From: Botryllus schlosseri
Taxonomy: Eukaryota
Direction of reading: 5' to 3'
Length of the DNA stretch: 64,000 nt
NCBI GenBank assembly: GCA_051294905.1
Contig: CM119372.1
Coordinates: 12,526,001-12,590,000 of the forward strand
Every line of letters begins with the position of its first letter. Position 1 is the first letter of the stretch. Under the pieces are notes generated by a model. It was given only the letters and a program-made list of their open reading frames with translations, ran no database searches and was not told the DNA's origin. Of this stretch, positions 1 to 12,000 are shown in pieces. A program made the position numbers and the translations under genes.

Positions 1-3000
1 CCTGGATGAAGCGTTTACGAGTTTAGCTCCGGAAAATTTATTTCAATTTCTCAGCTATGCAACTTCACGGCCCGTTCGCCGAAAGAATAGAAAAGATTAC
101 CAAGAACCGACAATTTGGATATAGTAAATCCCTACTTGTCATCTATAATAACATCTTAGTAGGTAACATACAGTCCTACTACACAGTAATAGGCAATACT
201 CTACGTGAACGATTCTTAACCTTAGTGCGGATCCCTAAATATATTTGTCTGTTTGCGTGCTCTCCCTAACCGCAAAATCAGAGAAGCAGGTCATCACTTC
301 CGCCCATTCCTCATCATGGCCTCATATTGGCATCTAGTCTGGTTGCTGCCGAAAACAAAGTCATAACCTTCGCTCGTGGCCTGGTGAGCGTTGAACATGA
401 GACTAAAATGAGAGGAGATGTTGTAAAGTAAAGGACAATGTAGTTTTATAGTGGTGGTTTCAACAGTGACCTTTCATGGACCTCTTAAGACCAGTCCGCA
501 GATCCCAAAGTGGTACATTGACCCTTAGGTTAAGAACCTCTGTTTTACGGGCCGTTTGAATAATCTAATAAACCTGTGGGACTCTTACATGCTTATTCGG
601 GTTACTATATGCGAATCATTTGATGCAGCATGCAGTATACTCAGATGTATTATTCAACATATATTTCGGCGAACAAATTAGCAAGCCGGACTCGACAGTC
701 ATTCATACCCATTGTCCTGCTTTGTAGTCGAATGTCGACGGCTTTTTGAATTCCAGATAAGTAACATGCGACGGGAGAAGCTCTGCTCTCACGACAGAAA
801 TTTCAGACTTGTTACGGCTGATGCTGTAGAGCTTGTCCAGCGTGTAAAGCACCGCCGGGCCCAAGAAGAAGTAGTAAAAGAACGGGCGCTGAAGATAAAA
901 GTAATACCCGGTATGAGCCGCGAGTTGGTGTCATGGGTATTTGGATAGGTACGTGGTATCTTGTCTGGTCAACATACATAACTTCACACACCTGTACCAA
1001 ATATCCGCTGCCGTGCAGGACCATGAAAAAGTACAGGAGAACGTATCCGTAGCTGTGAGTCCACCAAAACCAACGAAATACCCAAAGTCTCGCGTGGTCG
1101 CTTGCGAATACGTACCTGTAAGGTTCAGATTTGCAAATCGACGAGATCGTCTCGCGTATAAAGGCGGGGTTGCCATACCGTCCTTATTTCTAAGATTTGT
1201 CCTTATTTTGAAAGGTCAGGTCTTAGAAAACTCAACTGTCCTTATTTTTAGGAAATGTCCTTGTTTTCGATTTGCGTCCTTATTTTGTCTTATTTTCAAC
1301 AACTAAAGAACTTCGCTCGTTTTCCTCTGGTGTCTGTGTTGCTTAATATTCTAAAATTATGCCTTTGAGTTGTCATTTTATGACATAAATGAAAGGAACT
1401 CACGATATGTACATACCACAGGATTAGACTTCTAAGTGGTGAGATAGCTAGGGCGGCAGTGAGTGATATAGCAGTTTCGGCTGTACCAAGCTATCGCAGC
1501 GGACCTCATTTTAGCAGTTAACAGCAGTACCAGGGTTCTGCTGTGTAGTCTACAGCAGAATTAACTGTGGGGAAGGTAGCATTTATTGTGTAGTGAAAAA
1601 GGGAGCAGTGCAGTCGACACTTGGGTTAAAAAGTAGTCAAGCTATAAATCCTTGATAATTTCATTTAAATTATGTTGCAAATATAGTTTTAAGTACCACT
1701 AACAAGGCTAAATCTGATTAGCTAAAATGAGCAAGCGTAAAAATGTTATTCTTGAGGATTATGAGAGAGAATTCAAAGTATCAAACGAAGCTTGGAGGGC
1801 GAGTGTTTCGCTGTTTTGCACATCGCAATATCTGCAATTGTGACATTAACCTGGATGCCATAGGAAAGACCGCTATTTCAACTCTCACAGAGTATGTACA
1901 AAAACTCTCTAATTTTTCGACTGTCCTTATTTTTGGGACAATGTCACTGGCAACCCTGTAATAAAGGATTGACAATTTGCACAGAAATGGAAATAAAATA
2001 CAGAAACGGAATTATTCATGTCTCTCACCGTATTTGCGACATATTTCTCTGATTTTTCTCGAATCTTATGTTCGGATTCAACTTTGAAGTCGGGCTAGCT
2101 AGTCATATAAGAATCGTTGAAACCATTTAATGTTTAGCATGATATTTATTTTCCTTAAAGGTTGATATCAGCCGTACTGCCGCATAAGCTATAGTTTGAT
2201 AGCTGAGACCTAGACAGACCTGTTGGCAATAAAGCTGCTCTAATATCCAGAATATTGCGAAAATCCATAAACGACGTAACACAGTGCACACTGCACACAC
2301 TTACATCGTAATGACAACCAGGGTAGCAAGGATGCCTGTCAATCCCGTAATCGTTTGCCAAGCCCAGTAATGGAATTTAGGCAGCTCATCGCTGGTGCGC
2401 CAGTAGTCCGGGAAAAGGCAGCTCAAATCGCTGGACGGTTGCGTGGCTATGGAGTAGAAGTTGATCGAGTGTCCAAAGATATGAATAACTGTGGAAATCG
2501 AAAATATATTGCAACCGCCATGGTAACATAAACGCCACGCTGTCGCAAACCTGTGAATATCATCGCTTGCCATGCGATGTATCGGTGCATGGACACAGCG
2601 GCGTCAAACGGTATGTAGCGATTGAGGAAGGTTTCTCTTAGGAAGGTGATGGTGTTTCTGCTCATGGTCACGAGAAGGCAGGAATACGTGAACATCATCC
2701 CGGAGGCGGCGCCGCGAGTAAACGACACTCCGTAGCCGCAGATTCGACGGAGCCCGCCGTGCTCTCTTTCAACCGAGTAATCTGCGTCATAGGCGGAAAT
2801 GTAAGGGTGTTTGTTTGTTTGTTTGTTTGTTTGTGGTATTCATGGTGTTTGTCGACTACAACGGTCATCTACACCAGGCCGATAACTTATTTGTTTGATT
2901 CCGTAGCTGCCGACTTGTAGCGCGACCCACTTCTAGGCTTTTTTAAGACACCGCTTAAGCGAATAAGCTGGTGAGGAGGTGCCTAAATAAACCTCCAACA

Positions 3001-6000
3001 CTTATGTAGGAATTCTGGAGTTGACCTGGGTCGGACTCGAACCCACAACCCGTTGGTGATGTAGCTGTGTATTATACCACTACGCTATCGCGCCACAAAT
3101 GTACGGATTAAATAGTATATTCATATCGAAATGAACCCGAATATTTTCGGCTGACTCTCGTCAGGGGTAATCGTCAGCAACTAGTAGAGGATTGGAAAGA
3201 ACATTGTATATCAACATGATTGTTGTCAATACAACAATCATGTACAACAATCATGTTGATATATTCCTTTAAAGGTAGTCTAATTCTGAGAAACACGAAG
3301 GTACCTCGAGAATCTATGACTTATTGACATCTCCAAAGGTGATCAGTAACGCAGTACGCCTATTTTGTCGGAGTACTCAATATGGTTTCGCTCACTTGCA
3401 TTACTTACTCCAGTGTTTATGATTTTAGGGTATACTGCACTTCTACTACAGTTTTCCTTTTTAAGAAGAACTCATAGGCCTAGAATTCTTACTTTACTAC
3501 GTACCTGGAAATCGCTACATCACCTTGTAGCCTACTTGAGTAGAAATTTGCGACGTTGCTTGTAATTCTGCTCGAGTATAAAGAATGGCCACTTTGATCA
3601 ATACTGGAAATTCTCAGTAACAGTTCTGGACTTTTAGGTGGACGATGGCCAATAATTCTATATAGTCCTATAGACATGTAAGCTTCGCGCTTCACTGGAG
3701 CAGACGCCCGTTTTCAAAGGATGGGGGCACTTGTTTTCCGTGATATGCTTGTATCAGCATAACGGAATTCATACGGGCACTGAACAATTATAACCTCATG
3801 TTCAAAATATTTTCGCGTATTTTTATTTGATCTTGTACATTCCATTTCATCCCTTGTATGTTATAATGGAGCGGGTAACGAAAGAGTTCTTATACTTACA
3901 ATAAACCCTTTCCGCGAATATCGCCCAAGCCACCAGCGTGTACAACGTCAGCCAGTAGATGTGCATTCGATAATTCCGGATGTATTTTTGAAAGGCGATC
4001 ATTCGAATCTCGAATTGCGACGATTCTTTCTCCTCACGCTCGTGGACGCGGATGACGACGGTCTTGCGTCTCGCGAGTGCCCCGCGAGAAGTTGACGGCT
4101 CAGAGCTATCGCTAGTCGCCACAGATCTAAATATATATCTGATTTAGATTTGGAATATACAGCACAATGCAGGCATGGCGGAGGCGTATACAATAACCAT
4201 GTACGTACAGCTTATTATTATCAATGAAACGAAGGACCATATCGTTATGGAGGTCAAGTTAAACGTCTACAACGCGTTTTGCTACGCGGATTTGAAAATG
4301 GGCATTGGGCAAGGATTATTATGGGATGAGCTTAAACCAGATATGGAGAGGTCGTCCGGATTAATATATACTTATCTTGCGAAGCGCGGGTTGAGACGTA
4401 GAATTGATGGTGGAATAGGGTCCGTTGCGGAATTTTATTGTCGATTTTGAAAGCAATCGGTAACCAATAGATATGCATGGACTTGATTTGTAGTAAAATC
4501 AGCATTTGAGTTCGATACAGGATTTGAATTTAGAAATGTTAAAACCCGCGTGTCTGTTATAGTTACGTTAAGAGGGGCTTAAGATTGCGAAATACTGATG
4601 GCTGATATTATGCTGCACCTAAGCACGTAAGCATAACCACACGAAAGCATGTACCACAGCCTAAAATAAAGCTCGAACTGAACGATCATGGAAACAGCAA
4701 TTACATCGATGTTGGTGTCACTGACAATGATCACATTCAACGTATAGGCTACTATCGAGGAATAATCTATCAATGCTATCATATATTCAATAAGTATAGG
4801 CTATTATAGAGTAAACAATGGTAATACCATATTATACCTGCAAATGATGTTATTCTTATTTTCACAATAACCTACTGTAAAACGTATTAATGTTCAATTA
4901 CTCAAGTATGTCGTTCACCCAAGAGAGAATGGTTACGAAAGTGGATTAGGAATACAGGCTATATACAAGAAGCTTATGTTGCCGAATAACGAAGATTTAG
5001 CAAGTCTCTTTTATGTATATTATTATTAGTATTATGTATATAATATAAGTATTAATGTGAAAACTTTTCCTATTATTCCTGGATGTTAATATGATTATAC
5101 GACACAATCAAAATTTAGCTCAACGAAACTAGTAGCGCTACAAGCATAAGACGGAAAGTGATACAGTATAGTTGTATCTTGTATTAGTGAAGTGTATTGA
5201 TGAAAATTTCATTATAAAGACGACAGTTGCAGCATCAAGTTGATGCGATGAGTTTTGCGAGACGTCCACGCCACAACACTACACCTTCGTATAATTACTC
5301 TTCTTTCAGAGGTCGGAGCAGAACACGGATGAACTCTTGGCGAGGATACTCTAGTAATACAACGGAGATGAGCACTTACATATATGCAATATATATGTAG
5401 GCCTACATTGTACAAGTATATGCTGACACAAAAGCCAGCTTAGAGTTATACCGGATAATTCGCTCACACAAGATACCCGCATGCTGGTATGCAGACCTGG
5501 ATCTATCTAACAGACTTGTAGAGCAATATGTATAAATGATAAGATGCATCGATGAAATGAAACGTTGGTCAATGCAAATATATAGTGTTAATAGAGTGCT
5601 GATAAAATCGATTGCTCCAGCACTGCATGTATTTAGGCCGATGATATGGCATAACTCTCGGTGTTCGGATATCTATTGTAGAAATTGATATAAATTGGAT
5701 TTATGTTAGGTTTCCTTTGGATAATGCGTGCCAGACAATTCGAAGGAAGATGTGGTTGTATATTATCCGTGTTTAATCCCTTACTTTACATATTTAATAA
5801 TAAAAGCATATATATAATTGACTTTGAAAATCAATAAGCTTATAGGTAACCTTTGGACTATATTCGGACGTATTTCCTATAGCAATATGACTTTATATAT
5901 TTTTGTCCTGGATGTTTTTGCGGAATATACACCGACTAATGATATAGTTGCACAGTTTGCACACGATCTGTGCATATGCCAAACAGTAGGGCGGATCGAC

Positions 6001-9000
6001 AAATTAACTGGTCCTACTACGATCCTGTTTTTTAAAGCTCTGGTCCGACTCCGGTCCGAATCCTAGGCCGAATTCTAGAAATGAACGTGATCCGGTCCGA
6101 AAAACTACGATAATAACTATTTACTCACAGAATAGTATTGAACATTGATTGAAACAATGCAAATAGAAAATTAAAAACTCAAAGATCAAGCCCAACCCCA
6201 TCTGAAGTAATTATATGCCAACTTGGACTTGTCATGTGGTTTATTTTCATGAAGGTTTCACTTCGACTATTGATTCGAGGGAGGAAGTGGGCAACACTGT
6301 CCTCTTCTTAGTGAAAAGAACTGATCCGGCTCCGATCCGACTCCGGCAGTATCGGAAAAAGTACTGATCAGGCTCCGAACCGGCTTCGGCCAAAAATGAG
6401 AAAATCGGGCAGGATATCCAATCCGGTTCCGGTCCATGCTCAGCTCTATATGCATATGGCCTGAGTGCATGATGTGCATATGCCGCTGGACATGGAAGTT
6501 GCGGAAATGGCCTCGTAAGGCTTTTCAAGTCTTGCATCACCCTTCAATGCTATCCTGGAAAGGCCGAGTGCCAAGCAGGGAAGCCACGGTTACCAGATTT
6601 ACTGATCAGGTACTTGGTCTAACCGGTTAGAGGATTGAACTCATTAACTAACGCTCAAGAAGCCGGGCGCTTTACCATTACGTTATCTTGTCGGCGGGTC
6701 GAAATAACCATCCTTGGCATATCCGCGCGACCGCCCCAGTAATAAAACCGTATCATACATACAAATGTACGTTATACAGACGGTGCAGTCAATGTCAAAG
6801 AATTAATCTAAGTATTCTTAAGTACGGTTTAATTGATGACATCATTCGAAAACAACGCACTTGGCAATGCTTTCTTTGGCCGTTCGTCTTGCTTTATGAA
6901 TCCTAGTCTCCCGATTTCTGGAGATAGCTCCCTGACCGGTGCCGTTACTTTTTCCAATCTCTTGTCCCGCAAAAACATCTACAACACGACAAAAATATTG
7001 ATGTCGTAGTCAGGAGTTCCGTTATCGACGTTGTTGGTTTGGAATATAAAGCCACTTCGCCACATCGTGTATTGCTCGCGGTTAAAAAATCAACTCTGCC
7101 ACGCGAACCAGCTATAGCACGATGACCTACCTTCGCCGATTCGGGAGTCATCTAATTCGTCCGTGTACTGGTTCATGACGGTTTGAAAATCGTCGAGAGT
7201 CAACTGCGTCTTATGCTGGAATCCGTGGGTGTTCATAATTTCTTGCACCAAGCCGTCGATTGTTGACGTGTCTATGTTTGTATTCACCATATCCATCGTG
7301 GACCTGGAATGGTATCATTGTCGTTTCAGTTGGAATCAAATGTAATAGCTGAAGTCGGGTATTTTGTAATTATATCGTGAGTTTTTTTTGTCATGTATAA
7401 AAATATAGTTAATCGCTTGTTTCAAGGCGTATATACGGACAATGGGTTCGCTGCAAAACTGCAAATTGCTCGTGTTGAAGTATTCAAAAGTAAAGAAGGC
7501 AGTAAGTATACCAGCCAATGATGCATCCTATAGCTGTTTATGAGAACGGCCCGCACCGACTGGTCAAAATACTGACATGCAACCCCGCAAATAGACGTAC
7601 AGCTTCCATAGCTAGGTTGCGATTTCCAAGCTCAACTTCATAAAGAGTGCTGTACACCGGCGTTACTTTGCATGATTTTCCATAAACATCTTTTATGCTT
7701 GACTTGAGTCGTTACAAATATTTGTGAGATATATAACACTAGAAAAACATATTCGTGTGGGCTATGGATGCCTACTGGAGCATCATGCGAAACTCATCCA
7801 TCGTTAGCGTTCCTGACCGATCCACGTCGTACATGTCGAACATTAACTTTGCTTTGTCCTTGGCATCACCTGTAAACAGCAAACGATCCAGGTCAATATG
7901 TGTCAGGGCTAATTGAATGTCAAATCATAATTTCATGAGATCACGAAACCGCAATACCCCGATGGTACAACGTCGGGTTTTTTAAACAAGCTGAAGAAGG
8001 GTTGTTTGATGTCAGGTTTGACTATAGCTCGAAAGTGTCGAATGCCGAATGCTACCGGGAATTCGCTTCGTCGAACAAACCTTTCGTAAATATCCACATT
8101 ACGTCCAAGAATTCCCGGTAGTTAATGAAACCACTCCCGTCCTTGTCTGCCGTTTGAAACATTTGATCCACGAACAGACTATCGGGTCTCAATTTCAGGT
8201 GATCGGCAAGTTCTTGTTTGCTTAGATCAATATTCGCGTACTTGTGTCTATCGACGGATAGCGGCTGGGAACTTCCAAACTTGTAAACCTATGGTGATAA
8301 AACGAGAATACAATAACGGGTTATCGTATAGTTTATAAGCTGCCATCGAGGTCGAACACAACCTATTCTATCATGGAAAGATTAGTGAAAATGAATCCGG
8401 TCATTATTCCTACATTCTACGCATCGGTGTGGATATTCCGAAACAAATTGCGATGTCATATTTTCCCACCCATTTCGCGTATTGTCCAAAAAAGTTTTCC
8501 AGTTCTTCATCGCGATCTTCTTTCGTCTTCACGATATTCAGGAGATCCTTTTCCTTGATCGGCCCCATGTCTTGTAGTTGTACTCCCTCACCTTCCGAAA
8601 ATTCCCTGAACTTCTGTTGAAATCTGTGTCTTTCGATGGAATCGGTGAAAGTGAGAACCTGTCAATTAAAGTCAGATGTAATTGTACGACGGCATATAGC
8701 TGTTGCGTATCACTTACTCCTCGTCGTTGGAGATAATACAATCATGTATATATTATTGAAACAATATGTATGTACTCAGCTTGGGGAAGCTTACAAGATC
8801 GTATGTCTCCGTTTCAGCAAGGCTCACACCGAGTAAATATCTTGTTCGTGTGTTGGACTGCATTATTTTCACGGTTCCTCGAAGGGATATCGTCCGGAGC
8901 TTAGATCCGCGGGCCGATTTTATTATGATCGCTTTTCCGGGACCCAGAGAAATCTGGAAACAAATATATGTGCCTATTACACCATCGGGTTACCAGGGTG

Positions 9001-12000
9001 AAGACAGATGCATCACCACACCAGTGTTAAATTTTGTGCCGTCGTTTTGTCGTAATGCGTTCTACAGGGGTGGTAAAAGTAGTCAGCGTTGCTACTCAAG
9101 TAGAGGTAACGCGATACATTTCTATCCAACTACAAGTCAAAGTACCTATTTCCAAGACATGTCAAGCCCACTTCAAGTGGAAGTAGAAAATACATGGTAG
9201 GTTAGTAATCAAGAAATCAAGTAAGTAGTTTCAAAAATTAAGTTTGGTCAAAGGGTCGCACATTTTTACCAATTATTCGGAGGTGGTTACTTTCGCAACT
9301 GCAAAAAGACTATTGATACTGCGAATATAGGTACAAGTTTCGAAGCTCATTGAGTTACTGTGACATAGCGGATATTTCCTAAAAACCTAACTGAGTGTAC
9401 TCCAATAATAGAAGTACCTTTATACCGACCACCTTCGTATATTCATAGCGTCGCGATATTGACTCTTTCTGAAGCGACGACGAAGTTTAGAAAGCGGAAT
9501 TTTTTCATACCTTCAGTTCGGGTTATTAAGAATTTTCATTACCGGTATTGAGGAATTACCTTAATTTGCCGTTCTTCTTTCCCGAGTAATTCATCAGCAA
9601 TCGTAGTTTCGGCGTCCGCGCCAGAGCCCGCGTGTGCCGCGATTTTTTGAGAAGCTTTCCTTTGCAACATGCTCCTTCGCGCAAGGAAGTATAGTAACAT
9701 AATCATGACTGTAATAGACGCAAGGGGGAACGATAAAGAAAAAGTATCAGCATACCATACTGGCGTTCAACTTACGTATGACATAGAGGCCCAACGCTGC
9801 CCAGGACAACGCGTACGACAATTCGCTTCCACCGAAGTAATCGTAATATTTGGGCTCAGTGCAATCCTCCATGGTGGATGCCTTTAGAGGAAACGGCTGA
9901 GGACACTTGGCGTTCGTATCATCTAGGAAAATAAGAGTGTCGGCTTTTTCGATGTACACTGTGACCTTGGTCAATGTAAAGTGGGCCGTTGGAATTAAAG
10001 AGGTTACAAGCGGGGAAGGACTACTACTTGTACGTCGATTTATGGTTAAGTGTAGGTGTGAAGGTCTTGGGATTTCCACATATATCAAATGCAATTGTCA
10101 TGACAAATGAGCGACAGAGCCTCTGTATCACGGAAACAGTATATGTCATTGGTCATTTTGCGTTGGTCGCAAAGATGCACATTTCAATTTCGAACGTGGT
10201 CACCTGGTCACCTCCGATTATACACTATAAACGTATACGTGACCCATCGACTAAATCTATCTTTTGAAACTGCTTTAGTACTTTTTTCGTCTTCATTTTC
10301 ATTTTGAAGTATTTTGACATGTCTTTGAACTTGCTACTTCTACTTGTAACTGAGTAGAAATTTTCAGTGTTACTTCTATATATTCTTATGTAGCAACGCC
10401 GGCGACTTTGACCACCTACGGGCGAAATTGATATCACTCACTGCTCTCATCCCAAAGGAATGGCATATTCTGTATGTCGACATCGGTGAGATCCGGGTTG
10501 GTTCTGAGGATAACATCTTTCAGCGTCGTGCTCATAACGAATTCAAACTCTTCGTCAGACAACAATCTTGAAACGGCGATAGATATCGTTAAAGCCGTGA
10601 AAGCGATCGTCTCCGTGCCTACACACGCTCACCCGTTCGCGCGATTTTCGAACCAAAACCGGTCCCCGTCCCGAATACGAACGAACTGATCGAGGATTAC
10701 AGCGCGGAACAGTTCCCCCGGACCGTCTGTAGTAGTCTCCAGCAAGCCCCCGGTCCAAATGTCGACATTTTCTATGTTCCCGTTGTGAACCTCGATGAAC
10801 TTGCGTAGGAGCTAGAATAATTGCGAAACCAATTACATCCCTGTATCAACTGAGAGTTGCCAATCACTCACGTTCGGGCCGTCTCTGTCATCGTCACTGA
10901 ATAACTCCGGATTGACCGATGTGAAATTCTGCCGTCGCCCGAGACCTAGATACTCTCTGGCTGTGTTATAGTCCGGTAGACCGTGGTCTCGTCCTCTCTG
11001 TCATAGGTGTGTTTATGTTTATATATGGACCCGTTTTAAACCGTACTTAGGCGCTAATGTCTTGTCAAAAGTGTTGGCTAGGGTATAGTGCTCTTCAACG
11101 TTGTTTGGAGCTATGCATCCTTCAAAGTTGTAGCTCTGACTCATGCACCCCTACTAAGTCAAGCTACATAAACCGTAAATAAACCATAAATCTGAAAAGG
11201 GCATCAGTTTTATCTGTCAAATGTAAGACTTTTGTAGTTTGGGGATATGTTTTCATCAACATTTTAAAGTGAAATTGTCGTAACAACTGGTCGAAATAGC
11301 CAGCGATAACCAAGTTTCCATTTGGGACTGCATTGTAGATACGGAATTGTGGCAGAGTTACAGAAGATCATAAATCTCGTCACCGTGGCACGACCTTGAC
11401 ATGGATCTGTCGTCTGTATAATGCCGTATGGTACAATAGGAAACCTTCTATATAGTAGGTAGAGCAGAGGTCTCAAACTCAAATGCACTCGCGGGCCAAT
11501 TTCCTAGTTTTTGATGACGCCGCGAGCCGCAGCATCAATAATAGAGATATTCAATGTATAATTTCCTAGTAGGGCTCGTGTGACGGGACCTTGCAGACAG
11601 GCACCGTGGAAATGTAATTTACTATTGTACTATTCACGCTTGACATGGAAAAAAATCACATTTTCAAACATTTGAATAAAATTGTTTTTGTGCCGGGCAT
11701 AATTTGTTAAAAAATAATGAGTTGCAGACATTATGCGCGACGATGCATCATGAGATCGTAAAACTGTCCGGTTACAATATTGCAGCTATTGGACCTTTGA
11801 CGAGCCACGATTTTACGTAGAATATTTTAAAATCGACTGAAGATTGATCTGATATCAGAACATTTGAGCTGTGTAGCCTAATCCGGGTTTTGATAATTAT
11901 AGTCGTGATAAGTAGGCTGCTACTGTCATTGTCAAAGTCAAATTAAATCAGCGTTAGATTTTGTCTTCGATTATTATTGGAGCATATCAATAACAGCTGA

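Noticed and set aside
3025..3094. tRNA gene
   Set aside because: A/B boxes run into a repeated SINE body and tail; no convincing acceptor stem
8766..9200. Plus-strand ORFs antisense to DUOX exons (also 48462-48716, 54592-54924, 40703-41098)
   Set aside because: Shadows of conserved minus-strand exons; no independent motifs
9709..9775. Apparent non-canonical acceptor in intron 15
   Set aside because: A canonical TTACAG slightly downstream restores the frame in both paralogs
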